Shown in pieces: positions 1-10,511 of a DNA stretch of 64,000 nucleotides (the first letter of the stretch is position 1; the number at the start of each line of letters is the position of its first letter). The notes under the pieces are model-generated. The model worked only from the letters and a program-made list of their open reading frames with translations, was not told the origin of the DNA and did no database searches. The stretch is from Firmicutes bacterium UBA5435 (GTDB lineage: Bacteria > Bacillota > UBA5435). The DNA lies in contig DIRN01000071.1 of the NCBI GenBank assembly GCA_002426645.1, forward strand, positions 22,107 to 86,106. Reading direction: 5' to 3'. The position numbers and the translations under genes are program-made.

Positions 1-660
1 TGCAGATATCTTCCCCGCTTCTTTCGTAGAGATAATTTCATATGCACCATGAACTGCTATAATGCGTTGTCCTGTAATATAAGTTATAATATCCACATCG
101 TGAACACAGAGATCCTGAATAACACCGGGATAAGTCTCTTTCTTAAAGAACCATTCGGGCCTCTTACCAAGTTTATGAGGACGCCATGCCTCAGCCTTTA
201 TCACTTCACCTATGGTGCCAGTCTCATAGAGCCTCTTTATAATCTCATATCTATCATCGTATCTTACTGTAAGGAGCGGAAGGATATCCAAATCAGGTCT
301 AGATATCCTGGCGGCCTCCACCTGGTTTAATTCATCTAAGGTGCACACCAAAGGTTTATCTATTATCAAAACTTCTAGTTCTTTTGCTGAAAAAATCTGT
401 AGAAATGCATCACCGCGATAACCATACGGACCTAGATAAACTACAGCGTTGACTTTATCTATAAGATCCTGCCAATGCTCGGAAAATCTCAATCCGCGTT
501 CTCCAGCAATACGGCTTAATTTTTCTATTTCATCTGAATCATCATGGCTTGCGGCAAGAGCCACAAGTTCCATCTCTGGCTCTATAATTTCAGGATCCAG
601 CATAAGATCGAAATGAACCGGAGGATCCATACCAATTATAAGAATTTTTAAAGGTTCCAT
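1..660 (-). CDS. Gfo/Idh/MocA-like oxidoreductase, partial (C-terminus beyond window start)
   Basis: Hand translation of the minus strand from the ATG at 658-660 (RBS GAGAGGAAAG upstream) gives MEPLKILIIGMDPP...KPLVCTLDEL...VHDVDII, which resembles the Gfo/Idh/MocA fold. The frame stays open to the window edge. Not in the ORF track because it is truncated. Confidence 0.45.
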   Translation of the reverse strand, partial: MEPLKILIIGMDPPVHFDLMLDPEIIEPEMELVALAASHDDSDEIEKLSRIAGERGLRFSEHWQDLIDKVNAVVYLGPYGYRGDAFLQIFSAKELEVLIIDKPLVCTLDELNQVEAARISRPDLDILPLLTVRYDDRYEIIKRLYETGTIGEVIKAEAWRPHKLGKRPEWFFKKETYPGVIQDLCVHDVDIITYITGQRIIAVHGAYEIISTKEAGKISA

Positions 661-725
661 AGATTCTTTCCTCTCTTCGTTTCAAAGAAAGGAAGGATGT
701 CCCACCCTTCCTTTCACATTAATAC

Positions 726-1757
726 TTACCTCTTTACTTTTGCCTCTTTACCTGTGTCCCCTGACTCATACATTGCCAGAGCTGTAGCAAGAGTATCTCT
801 AGCAGAGACACATGTAATTCGTGGATCTCTATCATTTTCAATGGCATCTACCATATCCTCTATAAGCCACTGATGTTCATAGTATCCGAAGTCTGCAGCT
901 CCTGTAGCTGCTGTCATTGCAGCATCTACACCAATCTTGCGAATGCTTTCATCCTCTGGTCGCTCATCCTTGAACTTCCAGGTAATTATCTTCTCACCCA
1001 TCATTATAGCAGTTCCATTCTGACCATTAATCTCTATCCTTATATCTGTACCTGGATAAAGTGCAGTAGAACCTTGAACTAAACCCTGAGCTCCATTGGC
1101 ATAGTCAAGTATTGCAATTACAGTGTCCTCCAACTCAACTTCAGGATGAGCTAGGTTCTGAATACGGGCAAAAACCTTATCAACTGGTCCAGCAAGATGA
1201 TGAAGGAGATCAATGTAATGAAAAGCATGCTGTATTATAACCCCTGCTCCCTGACTTCTAGAACTTCGCCAAGAATCGCGGAAATAATACTCAGTGGGTC
1301 TATACCACTTCATATATGCATCTGCATGGATTATCCTGCCAAAGCGACCTGAATCAATGGCATCCTTAATTGCTTCTATAGCCTTTCTAAATCTGCACTG
1401 AAGAACAACTCCTAATTTAACCTCTGCCTTTTCTGCCTCTGCTATCATATTATCTGTCTTCTCTAATGTCATCTCAGGAGGCTTCTCTACAAGAACATGC
1501 TTACCAGCTCTTACAGCCTTAACTACGTATTCTTCATGGTAGGCATTGGGTGTTAAGACATTGATAACATCAATATCATCTCTACTAATTAATTCATCAA
1601 TGCTCATAGCTTTGCCGCCATACTTCTCTACAAAGCTTTGAGCCCTCTCCAGCTTTATGTCTGCTGCACCTACTAGTTCAGCTTTATCAGACATTTGAAT
1701 GGCCTTCCCATGAAAATCAGATACTAGACCACATCCTATTATTCCAAATCTTTTCAT
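726..1757 (-). CDS. Gfo/Idh/MocA family NAD(P)-dependent oxidoreductase
   Basis: N-terminal Rossmann GIIGCGLVSDFH motif, an EKP motif (VLVEKPPEMT) and typical length. Confidence 0.8.
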   Translation of the reverse strand: MKRFGIIGCGLVSDFHGKAIQMSDKAELVGAADIKLERAQSFVEKYGGKAMSIDELISRDDIDVINVLTPNAYHEEYVVKAVRAGKHVLVEKPPEMTLEKTDNMIAEAEKAEVKLGVVLQCRFRKAIEAIKDAIDSGRFGRIIHADAYMKWYRPTEYYFRDSWRSSRSQGAGVIIQHAFHYIDLLHHLAGPVDKVFARIQNLAHPEVELEDTVIAILDYANGAQGLVQGSTALYPGTDIRIEINGQNGTAIMMGEKIITWKFKDERPEDESIRKIGVDAAMTAATGAADFGYYEHQWLIEDMVDAIENDRDPRITCVSARDTLATALAMYESGDTGKEAKVKR

Positions 1758-1772
1758 CTCTTCTCCTCCTTA

Positions 1773-2825
1773 TTATTCAGGAATAAAAAGTCCCTTTAAT
1801 CCTTTTTGGTTTTCAAGGTCATCAAAGACTTTCTCCCAGTTTCTTAAGGATTCTTTATGAGTTATAAGAGGCTTTACATTGATTTTACCTCCTGCCATTA
1901 GCGAGAGACTCCTATCCCAACTAGTATAACTCGTCGATAGGTTAAAGTGAATATCACACACCTTAAATATAGCTTTATCCCATGTAAATCGTATATCTTC
2001 CTTACCTGTCATCCCTATAACTGTGATCCTACCCTTCTTACGAACAACTTCAATACTTTGATTTATAGCAGGTTCAGCTCCACTGGCTTCGACAACCAAA
2101 TCTGCTCCCCTACCATTAGTAAGCTCCATAATCCGTTCAATGGGATTTACCTCGGCTAAATTTAAGACTTCTGTGAAGCCCAACTCCCTGGCAACAGGGA
2201 GCCGTAGTTCTTCGTCTTTAGGTGTACCAATTATAACGACTTCTCTGGCTCCTTCCGCCCGAGCCACCATAGCGGCAAGTAACCCAATGGGGCCAGGTCC
2301 AAAGACCACTACAAAATCCTCAGGTTCCACCCGACCTCTTTCTAAAACATCATGTACTACGTTACAAGTAGGTTCAACTAATGCTGCCTCTTCGAAAGAG
2401 ACATTATCGGGTATTATATGTAATAGATGATCCGGCATAACCAGATACTTTGTAAAGGCTCCATCAATTCCCCACCCAATTGAGCGCTTTGACGGACAGA
2501 TTTGAATATTACCTGTTCTACATAGATAACACTTACCACACGCTTTATTATGTGGTTCCCCTACTACCCTATCTCCAACTTTGAAATCAGTAACATCTTT
2601 ACCGACCTCAACTATCACTCCGGAAAATTCATGTCCGAGGATCACTGGTGGCCAGTAAGGAAACTCATCATATTTTACATGTATATCTGTTCCACAAACA
2701 CCTGCAGCTTTAACCAGGATAAGAACCTCATTAGAAGCAGGCTTAGGGACAGGTACATCCCTAAGTTCTATATTGCCTACACCTTTTGCAGTCTTAACAA
2801 GTGCTAGCATAGATATATCCTCCAA
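1773..2825 (-). CDS. Zn-dependent alcohol/polyol dehydrogenase (MDR family)
   Basis: GVCGTDIH and GHEFSGVIVEVG zinc-binding motifs, and a GPGPIGL NAD-binding motif. Confidence 0.8.
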   Translation of the reverse strand: MEDISMLALVKTAKGVGNIELRDVPVPKPASNEVLILVKAAGVCGTDIHVKYDEFPYWPPVILGHEFSGVIVEVGKDVTDFKVGDRVVGEPHNKACGKCYLCRTGNIQICPSKRSIGWGIDGAFTKYLVMPDHLLHIIPDNVSFEEAALVEPTCNVVHDVLERGRVEPEDFVVVFGPGPIGLLAAMVARAEGAREVVIIGTPKDEELRLPVARELGFTEVLNLAEVNPIERIMELTNGRGADLVVEASGAEPAINQSIEVVRKKGRITVIGMTGKEDIRFTWDKAIFKVCDIHFNLSTSYTSWDRSLSLMAGGKINVKPLITHKESLRNWEKVFDDLENQKGLKGLFIPE

Positions 2826-2845
2826 TCTTCAATTTATTTCTTTGA

Positions 2846-4093
2846 CTATTCTTTAGAGCTACACCAATTAGCAATGAGATTAAGAAGAACCTCTGCAGCC
2901 TTTATGATATCATCTACTACTATATGCTCTTCCGAAGAATGAGCATAACCTAGATCTCCAGGACCAAATACTACTGTTGGTATCCCTAGCTGATTATTAT
3001 ATAGCCATGCATCACAGGAAGCAGTCATACCCCTTACTTCAGGGGTATATCCTACGTTCTTAGCAGCATTTAAAATGCTTTGAACCAAAGGATGCTCTAA
3101 AGGTATATAGTTTCCGTCATGCTTATAGATAAAGGAAAGATCAAAATTCTCCCTTAGCCAGTCATCTCCTTGTGAGATAATGGCTTCTCGCATCTCGCGT
3201 TGTACTTCTTCACGAGTCTTGTTGGGTAAAAATCCAAAGACTCCTTTAAAACGTGCTCTATTCGGAGCGGTAGCAGGCCAATCACCTGCTTCTAACTGAC
3301 CAAAGGTTATTGGCATAGGATTAGGATGACCTTCAAAGAAAGGCACATCCCTTGAAGCTGCTAAAAGCCCTTCGTGATACCCTTCTAAAATATCCATAGC
3401 TTGAATCGCTTTCTTCAACGCGCTTACCACATTTCCTGCACGCCCTGAGTGACCAGAACGCCCATAACAAGACATATCGAACCATACTGCACCCCTAACT
3501 GAAGGGAATATACCTAGATTAGAAGGTTCTAAGACTACAGCTCCATCGGCCTGGCAGCCCTGTCGTACCATAGCCAAACTACCATTACCTCCACATTCCT
3601 CCTCAATAACGATATGGAACGTAAGGTCTCCTCCAGGAGGGCCAAATTCATTGAGCGCATCCATTACCAAAGCTAGAGTAATAGCCTGACCCTTTGCATC
3701 GCATGCACCACGCCCATATATAGCTCCATCGCGCACCTCTGGTTGGAATGCCTTATCTTGACCAGGAGATGGCGGCACTACATCTACATGAGTATTAAAG
3801 ACCAAGGAACGCCCTGCTCCTGTACCACGCTTTACAAGCTTTAAATTGGGCCTATCCTTATATGTCAATCCTTCTAATGGAAAAGAATAATCAGGATCAT
3901 TTACTATATCCTCAGGTACCGGAATAAGTTCACAAACGTCCACTTTATCCTTTAGTTTCTCTGCTAGATAACGATTGACAGGCCCCTCTCCTCCTCGTGT
4001 AGAAGGAATGGCTACAATATCGCACAACATCTCTATTACATTGTCCTTGCGGCTCTCTAAAAACTTACGTAACGTATCATCATTTATCTTCAT
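2846..4093 (-). CDS. M20 family metallopeptidase / deacylase (ArgE/DapE-like)
   Basis: HVDVVPP motif, acidic metal ligands, and size typical of M20. Confidence 0.75.
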   Translation of the reverse strand: MKINDDTLRKFLESRKDNVIEMLCDIVAIPSTRGGEGPVNRYLAEKLKDKVDVCELIPVPEDIVNDPDYSFPLEGLTYKDRPNLKLVKRGTGAGRSLVFNTHVDVVPPSPGQDKAFQPEVRDGAIYGRGACDAKGQAITLALVMDALNEFGPPGGDLTFHIVIEEECGGNGSLAMVRQGCQADGAVVLEPSNLGIFPSVRGAVWFDMSCYGRSGHSGRAGNVVSALKKAIQAMDILEGYHEGLLAASRDVPFFEGHPNPMPITFGQLEAGDWPATAPNRARFKGVFGFLPNKTREEVQREMREAIISQGDDWLRENFDLSFIYKHDGNYIPLEHPLVQSILNAAKNVGYTPEVRGMTASCDAWLYNNQLGIPTVVFGPGDLGYAHSSEEHIVVDDIIKAAEVLLNLIANWCSSKE

Positions 4094-4164
4094 CTATATT
4101 GAGCGCGGGATACCCCTACATAAGCTGGGGAAGATTGCGCCCGTCCCTCCTTTAAATCAATTAA

Positions 4165-4200
4165 TAACCCCTATAAAGCCCCGCCCTAGCTAGGACGGGG
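4165..4200 (-). terminator. putative intrinsic terminator after the aminotransferase gene
   Basis: On the minus strand a GC-rich hairpin (GCCCCG...CGGGGC) is followed by a T-rich tract, just 3' of the CDS that ends at 4211. Confidence 0.35.
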
Positions 4201-4210
4201 CGATAAAACC

Positions 4211-5542
4211 TTAAAATTCTCGTAGTACCTTCTCAATTATATCTGCTGCCTCTTCTGCCTGTTCCATGGTGATTACTAAAGGTGGAGCTACTCTTAGGAT
4301 ATGACCATATGCTCCAACGCTTCCCATAACAACACCATTCTGGCAGCACCTACGAATAACTTCAGCTGCAATCTCTCCTGAAGGGGTCTTTGACTCCTTG
4401 TCTGTGACAAACTCAAGGCCTATAACTAGACCGCGGCCTCTCACATCTCCAAGGATATCCACATCCTTCTGGACGTTCTTGAATCGCTCAAAGAGATAAC
4501 CTCCAACCTTAAGAGCGTTTTCAGGAAGTTTCTCCTCTTCCATTATGTCTATAACAGCTAAAGCAGCAGCGCAGGACAGAGGGTTCCCTCCGTTAGTACT
4601 GCTCATCTCGCCAGCCTCTAAAGCCTTCATTATACGGGACTCTGCCATCATAGCAGCAGCAGGTACACCACTTCCAAGGCCCTTACCCATACAGAGAAGG
4701 TTAGGACGCAGGTCCTCCCATTCAAGGGCAAACATCTTACCAGTTCTACCAAAAGAGGCTTGAACTTCATCGAGGATAAAGAGAATACCTTTGTCTTTAG
4801 CCCATTCCTGAAGTCTTGTAAGATAACCATCAGGAGGAACAATAAAACCAGAAGAGCCTTGATATGGCTCGACTATAAGAGCAGCAAGATCCCCAGTGGA
4901 CTGGGCTTCTATGACTCTATCGAGAAAATCCACACAGAGGAAATCGCATGTTTCAGGCTTTGCCTTAAAAGGACAGCGGTAACAATACGCGTATGGAGCC
5001 TGGATTGATCCTGGCATAACTGGACCATACTTCTTCTTCGTACCAGTTGTCCCTGCAACGCTCATAGCTCCTCCAGTACGACCATGGAAACCTCCGTAGA
5101 ACGAAAGGATCTCATAACAACCAGTATATCGTTTGGCAGCACGAATAGCAGCCTCTGTAGCATCACTACCAGTAGTGACCATAAAAGCCACGTCTAAATT
5201 CTCAGGGGTTATCTCTACAAGCCTCTGTGCAAGAGTAACCCGTTCAGGTGTGGGGAAATTATAACAATTCATTAATTTAGCAGCAGCCTTTTGAACTGCA
5301 TCTACTAATTTAGGATGGCAATGACCTACGTTTGTTACAAGGACACCTGATGTAAAATCTATATAGGTATTCCCATCTACATCTTTAATTAAAACTCCAT
5401 TTGCACTATCCCAAACTATTGGGGCGTGTTGACTAGTACCGCCTGGTTCATATATCTGCGATTTCTCGATAAATTTCTTAGAATTTGGTCCAGGCAATTG
5501 ACATTTTACATCTGAAAACATAACTTTATACCTCCATTTCAT
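4211..5542 (-). CDS. class III pyridoxal-phosphate aminotransferase (GABA/acetylornithine aminotransferase-like)
   Basis: LDEVQASFGRTGKMFA motif, which holds the PLP-lysine region, and a length of 443 aa. Confidence 0.8.
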   Translation of the reverse strand: MKWRYKVMFSDVKCQLPGPNSKKFIEKSQIYEPGGTSQHAPIVWDSANGVLIKDVDGNTYIDFTSGVLVTNVGHCHPKLVDAVQKAAAKLMNCYNFPTPERVTLAQRLVEITPENLDVAFMVTTGSDATEAAIRAAKRYTGCYEILSFYGGFHGRTGGAMSVAGTTGTKKKYGPVMPGSIQAPYAYCYRCPFKAKPETCDFLCVDFLDRVIEAQSTGDLAALIVEPYQGSSGFIVPPDGYLTRLQEWAKDKGILFILDEVQASFGRTGKMFALEWEDLRPNLLCMGKGLGSGVPAAAMMAESRIMKALEAGEMSSTNGGNPLSCAAALAVIDIMEEEKLPENALKVGGYLFERFKNVQKDVDILGDVRGRGLVIGLEFVTDKESKTPSGEIAAEVIRRCCQNGVVMGSVGAYGHILRVAPPLVITMEQAEEAADIIEKVLREF

Positions 5543-6548
5543 TTATTACTTTCTCTACATCTGGGTTCACAGTAAAACGAGGTGGCTTTCCATCAAGGTG
5601 ACGCAATATATCCCCTAGGATCTTTTCACGTATATCCCATCCTGCTTCCACAGAGCACCAACCTAAATGAGGAGAAAGAGTGGCGTTTTCTAATTTAAAG
5701 AGTTCACAATCGGGTAAAGGTGGTTCCTTCTCATAAACATCTATCCCTGCTCCAGCAATCTTATTCTCTTTCAATGCACGAATAAGGGCTTCTGTATCTA
5801 CTAGACCCGCTCGAGCAGTATTAACGAATATTGCTGTCTCTTTCATCATATCGAATTGAGCATCGCTTATAAGATGACGAGTCTCAGCACTAAGGGGAGT
5901 ATGAATTGTCACTATATCAGATTCTTTTAATACTTTTTCAATAGAGACTAATTCAGGGATCCCAAGCTTTTCCCTTCGAGTATCTGACATATACGGATCA
6001 TTGATGAGGCAATTCATATTAAAACCCTTCATCTTTTTATAGACCCAACTCCCTATTCTACCACATCCTATAATACCTAGGGTTTTCCCTGAAAGCCGAT
6101 ATATAGGAGGCAATGTAGAAAAATTCCAATATCCGTTAGCTGATGATTCCTCTAAGATCTTACGGCCTCGAAAGGCTTGGCGCCATGTGGCCATTATAAG
6201 CATTATTGCCTGTTCTGCCACTTCTTCAGCACAATAATCTGGTATATTCGCCACTCTAATGCCTTTACGTATGGCAGAAGCCAAATCTACGTTGTCGTAT
6301 CCTATACCGTGGCGGATTATAAGTTTACACTTTTCAAGGGAATCAATTACATCTGCTGTCATAGGTGCCATATTTACTACAATAACGTCTGCATCTTTTA
6401 TCTTACTTATTAGCTCATCCTTTTCAGCGAACTTCAGCTGATAATGCTCAAAGAACACGTTATCGTACTTTGCGAGTTCTTCTTCCTCCCACTTTAAGTC
6501 AGTTTCAATATAATCCGTTACAACAACCTTTACCTTCTCTAGAGTCAT
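5526..6548 (-). CDS. D-isomer-specific 2-hydroxyacid dehydrogenase (glyoxylate/hydroxypyruvate reductase-like)
   Basis: GIIGCGRIG NAD-binding motif and the catalytic domain layout. The stop overlaps the next gene by 17 nt. Confidence 0.8.
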   Translation of the reverse strand: MTLEKVKVVVTDYIETDLKWEEEELAKYDNVFFEHYQLKFAEKDELISKIKDADVIVVNMAPMTADVIDSLEKCKLIIRHGIGYDNVDLASAIRKGIRVANIPDYCAEEVAEQAIMLIMATWRQAFRGRKILEESSANGYWNFSTLPPIYRLSGKTLGIIGCGRIGSWVYKKMKGFNMNCLINDPYMSDTRREKLGIPELVSIEKVLKESDIVTIHTPLSAETRHLISDAQFDMMKETAIFVNTARAGLVDTEALIRALKENKIAGAGIDVYEKEPPLPDCELFKLENATLSPHLGWCSVEAGWDIREKILGDILRHLDGKPPRFTVNPDVEKVINEMEV

Positions 6549-6562
6549 GGTCTCGCTCCTTC

Positions 6563-7621
6563 CTAGATCTTTAAAGAGACTTCTTTACCAGTCTCTGCTG
6601 ATTTATATATAGCCTCTACAACGTCGAGAGCTTTAGCTCCATCCGCGCCTAAGATCAACGGTTCTTTATCTTCAAGGATAACCTGGACAAAGTCCTGTAT
6701 GAACTCTAAACCCATTATTCCGCAGTATCCTGGCACATCTTGAGCTGTAAATGAAAGGGTTCGTAGTGGCGCACATCCATAGCCTGGAGCATCAGAGCAT
6801 ACGAAGAGTTCATCGCCAATACCTCCAAAAGCAGGGCTCCATGATATTGCTCCCTTTGTTCCACGAATTCCCACATAGAGGTCTCGACCATGTGGATATG
6901 ATGCGGGAACTGAGTATGATATATCTAAGATAGCAACTGCTCCTTTTGAAAATCTTGCAAGAGCAAATGAACTATCTTCCACAGTTATATCTGGAGTATT
7001 CCGGGTAACCATCCCTTGGACAGAGACGATTTCATCATCAAATAACCAGTGGAAGAGGTCTATCCAGTGTACTCCAAGATTATGCATGGGACCTCCCCCA
7101 CTCTTTTCCTTGTCAAGTATCCATGGAGATAACTTCATATACCGTTCTGGTTTCCCAGCTGCACACCGGCCTTCGCATGAAAGTATCTCCCCAAGGGCTC
7201 CGTCATTAATTATTCTCTTTATTTCCCTTGATACAACACTATACCTCCATAGGTAGGGAACAGAAAGCTTAACATTATTGGATTCGGCAGCATCTACCAT
7301 ACGTCTAATGCCTACTGCAGTGGATGCCATGGGTTTTTCAACGATAATATGTTTGCCATGGTTAGCAGCAGCCTCTACTGCATCAGGACACTGAGCGTGA
7401 GGAAGAAAGACAGCAACAATATCTATATCTTTCCTCTCAAGTAGAGCATTGTAATCCTCATACCCTTGTAAACCTGTCTGTGATGTAACTTCCTGAAGAA
7501 ACTCTTTATTAGATTCCGCCACTGCAACTACTTGCGTTTGGGGAACCTGTGCAAATAATGGAAGATAATCACGGGGATGTAAATGACTTAAACCAATTAT
7601 ACCTACTCCTAAAGGTTTCAT
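6563..7621 (-). CDS. Gfo/Idh/MocA family oxidoreductase
   Basis: GVGIIGLSHLH N-terminus and an EKP motif (IIVEKPMAST). Confidence 0.75.
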   Translation of the reverse strand: MKPLGVGIIGLSHLHPRDYLPLFAQVPQTQVVAVAESNKEFLQEVTSQTGLQGYEDYNALLERKDIDIVAVFLPHAQCPDAVEAAANHGKHIIVEKPMASTAVGIRRMVDAAESNNVKLSVPYLWRYSVVSREIKRIINDGALGEILSCEGRCAAGKPERYMKLSPWILDKEKSGGGPMHNLGVHWIDLFHWLFDDEIVSVQGMVTRNTPDITVEDSSFALARFSKGAVAILDISYSVPASYPHGRDLYVGIRGTKGAISWSPAFGGIGDELFVCSDAPGYGCAPLRTLSFTAQDVPGYCGIMGLEFIQDFVQVILEDKEPLILGADGAKALDVVEAIYKSAETGKEVSLKI

Positions 7622-7678
7622 ATTAATTGCTGCAATAAGTTGAACCTCAGATAGCAGCCTGCCTCCTTCCGTTAATAT

Positions 7679-8641
7679 CTATTCTGCAATAACAGGATTA
7701 GTAAGTAACCCGATTCCTTCTATCTCGACATCTACCTGATCACCTGGTTTGAGAAACTCAGGTACATCTTTTGACACCCCTACACCAGCAGGGGTTCCAG
7801 TAGCTATAACATCTCCTGGTTCCAAGGTCATAATCTGAGATATAAACGATATTATCTCATGGACCCGGAAAAGCATATCAGAAGTGCGTGCATCTTGCTT
7901 AGTCACACCATTTACCCGCAGACTCATGCGTAAGTCTGGGAGTCCTACAAACTCATCTTCTGTAACCATCCATGGTCCTAATGAAGCAAAGGTATCCATG
8001 CATTTTCCATGATACCAATCATAATACCAATCTCCATTTCGCTCCTTGCGTTTCCCATTAAGACAGAGGTTCCTGCCAGAGACATCGTTAAAACAAGTGT
8101 AACCAGCTACATACTGAAGTGCCTCAGATTCGGGTATATACTTCCCACGCTTGCCGATAATGACCGCGAGTTCTGCTTCCCAATCTATAGCAGGCCATGT
8201 CTTTGGTATTTTTATTGCATCACCTGGACCAATGAGACCTGTACTTACTGGTTTCAAAAACACTCTTGGGTTAGTCTCTTCTTTAAGAACTGCTATCATC
8301 CCACTCTCTTCTATATGATCCAAATAGTTACCGGCTAAACATAGAAGTTTCCGGGAATTTGTTATAGGTGGCTTGAATTTTAACTGACTAACCTCGCCAA
8401 GATAAGCTGGGGATAAGAGACTAGGTTCTTTTTTATCTTCTATAAAGGCCTTTATCTCTTTAGCTGTATCCACGGCTTTTAAACCCAAGTAAAGAAAGTC
8501 CATCATATTATCTGGAAGAGCAGATATATTACTTAAACGCCCTTCTAGGACCTTACTACAAGTGGCCAAATCAAAGGCTTTATCGTCTATGATAAGCGCT
8601 AAGATATGGCCTTTCCCTGACTCAACTGTACCTATCTTCAA
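7679..8641 (-). CDS. fumarylacetoacetate hydrolase (FAH) family protein
   Basis: C-terminal GDVIATGTPAGVG motif typical of FAH-fold hydratases and decarboxylases. Confidence 0.75.
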   Translation of the reverse strand: MKIGTVESGKGHILALIIDDKAFDLATCSKVLEGRLSNISALPDNMMDFLYLGLKAVDTAKEIKAFIEDKKEPSLLSPAYLGEVSQLKFKPPITNSRKLLCLAGNYLDHIEESGMIAVLKEETNPRVFLKPVSTGLIGPGDAIKIPKTWPAIDWEAELAVIIGKRGKYIPESEALQYVAGYTCFNDVSGRNLCLNGKRKERNGDWYYDWYHGKCMDTFASLGPWMVTEDEFVGLPDLRMSLRVNGVTKQDARTSDMLFRVHEIISFISQIMTLEPGDVIATGTPAGVGVSKDVPEFLKPGDQVDVEIEGIGLLTNPVIAE

Positions 8642-8672
8642 CTACTATTCCTCCCAACATAACTGCAGACCT

Positions 8673-9065
8673 TCAGACAACTTCTTTGATAACAAGATAA
8701 ACGATTCTACTCTTACTCGCATCCATCATATGTGGAACACCGTGAGGAATAACGACCAAATCGCCCTTACCTAGATGTCTTTCAGTGGCGCCTATTAAAT
8801 CGTCACCTATATAATGACCAGGGGCTCCTTCTCGCGGCCTTTTTCCCTCTATCCCGCCGCCAAGGGAAAGGATCCCTTCTCCCTCTATAACATAGTAGAT
8901 GTCATCTTCAACCTCATGAAGTTCCGAAGCCTTCTTAGTGTGATCTTTTACGACAAAGTCAATATAATATTTACTTCCTTCGAATTTTAGTAGATTTTTA
9001 CCTCCAACACCTATCTCTTTAGCAAGGTTCGTTAAATCTTCTCCCGAAAAGACTTCAGGTTCCAT
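8673..9065 (-). CDS. cupin domain protein
   Basis: 130 aa small beta-barrel. G(X)5HXH-like region (GDLVVIPHGVPH). Confidence 0.55.
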   Translation of the reverse strand: MEPEVFSGEDLTNLAKEIGVGGKNLLKFEGSKYYIDFVVKDHTKKASELHEVEDDIYYVIEGEGILSLGGGIEGKRPREGAPGHYIGDDLIGATERHLGKGDLVVIPHGVPHMMDASKSRIVYLVIKEVV

Positions 9066-9080
9066 AGCACTAGCCCCTCT

Positions 9081-9596
9081 CTAATTATCTTTAACTATAT
9101 CTTCATCAGCATAAACAGCTAGGATCTCCCCAAAATAGAGTCGATGATTGGTTAAGGGATCAGCCTCTGCTCGATGAATAACTCTGCATTCATAGTGAAG
9201 GACACATTCCCCAATAATCGGAGCACGTACCGTTCTCCCTGGAACAGGTGTAAGACCGCATTCCTTGAATTTATCATAATCTCGACCCGATTTAGTCCCA
9301 CAAAAGTCTACTGCGTCTTTCATATCGGAAGTTGAAAGATTGACAGTAAACTCCTGGATCTCCTCTATGAAACCATATGTATATCTTTCAGGTCTAACCG
9401 CAACCATAAATACTGGTTTATGCCAGATCGGCCCAAGTAAACCCCAAGTTATAGTCATTATATTATACTTGCCTTTAGAATTCACTGTACATAGCAAATT
9501 AGCAGGCTCTTTTTCTATAATCATATGAGATAGTTCATAGGGTGAAATCCCGATCTTCTTTTTACTACCCATAAAAGATGTATCGCTCCTTTCCAT
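9081..9596 (-). CDS. flavin reductase-like FMN-binding domain protein
   Basis: 171 aa. NIMTITWG split-barrel flavin reductase signature. Confidence 0.65.
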   Translation of the reverse strand: MERSDTSFMGSKKKIGISPYELSHMIIEKEPANLLCTVNSKGKYNIMTITWGLLGPIWHKPVFMVAVRPERYTYGFIEEIQEFTVNLSTSDMKDAVDFCGTKSGRDYDKFKECGLTPVPGRTVRAPIIGECVLHYECRVIHRAEADPLTNHRLYFGEILAVYADEDIVKDN

Positions 9597-9599
9597 TAG

Positions 9600-10378
9600 A
9601 TATTATCTTCGACATTGTAGAATTCTTCTAACGCTTTGGCTCAATGTTTCAACAAAGAGCTCCTCATTTGCATCTAACCATAGTAGTGGATCCTGTATAC
9701 CATCTAAAAAAATAAAACCAACTGTTCATAAGGTACTTTTTTAGTACCTGAGTACTTACTATAAATCCAGCGCATCCGTATAAACCATGGAATGTAGCGG
9801 ATCTCATCTTGTAGAAGTTCTCCTTCTTCGCAATAAGCAGTCACAAATATACGAGACTTCTCTACACTTATGCGACAAGGCTGGGTAAGGGAATATATAT
9901 TTCCTCCATGTATATCAGACTTTCTATCTGCCGCAAAATATAGAACATCATCAACTATATCGCGAATCCTAGGTTGCAGAGATGCCCAGTCCAAATCAAA
10001 GATACCACAGACTTCATCACCATTAAACTTTACATTATCCGGATGGTAGTCTCCGTGTATAATAGTATGCGGTATAGCTTTAAGTTTTGTCTCCAATACC
10101 TGGTCATCCTGGTTCAAAGAAGTTTCTAGTTTTTTTAAAAATGCCAGAACTTCACGGAGATTATCATACCTAGGCAAAGACTTCTCTTCAGGGTCTTCAA
10201 AGTCCCCAAGGGCTTTATGATAGAGAGCAATTGCTCGGCCTGCACTTGCAAGCTTTCTAACGTTTTGGCGCTCATAGTCTCCCCCTTCTATGAAAGAATG
10301 CAGCTCATAGACGTCATCTTTAAAGGTGACCCATGTATTACCTTCCTCGAAAGAGACTGGGATGAGAGAGGTAACCAA
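9600..10378 (-). pseudogene. APH/CotS-family phosphotransferase, N-terminally truncated and C-terminally frameshifted
   Basis: HGDYHPDNV catalytic loop and DLDW (DFD-like) motif are present. The glycine-rich N-lobe is absent. The ORF ends at a T7 run (9711-9718) and the reading continues in another frame (LDGIQDPLLWLDANEELFVE...). Confidence 0.45.
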
Positions 10379-10511
10379 TTGTCACCTCTCCAGCACCCCG
10401 TCATTAGAGCCTTTCAGCCATAACTGGGCTAAAATGCTCCGCCGAAAAATTCTTAACTCCTTCTATAAGAATTAGACAAAAAAGGGAAGATCCCTCTTTC
10501 TATAACGAATT

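Noticed and set aside
49-330. 93-aa plus-strand ORF at the window start
   Set aside because: It lies antisense inside a longer minus-strand reading frame that has a good RBS and an ATG at 658-660, and it has no RBS of its own. It is more likely a shadow ORF.
2140-2430. Plus-strand ORFs overlapping minus-strand enzymes (also 873-1082, 1947-2159, 8009-8338, 18048-18404, 30129-30560, 35111-35479, 56645-56944, 60934-61272)
   Set aside because: All are antisense to long, motif-bearing genes. They have low-complexity or Ser/Pro/Arg-rich translations typical of shadow ORFs and no start context.
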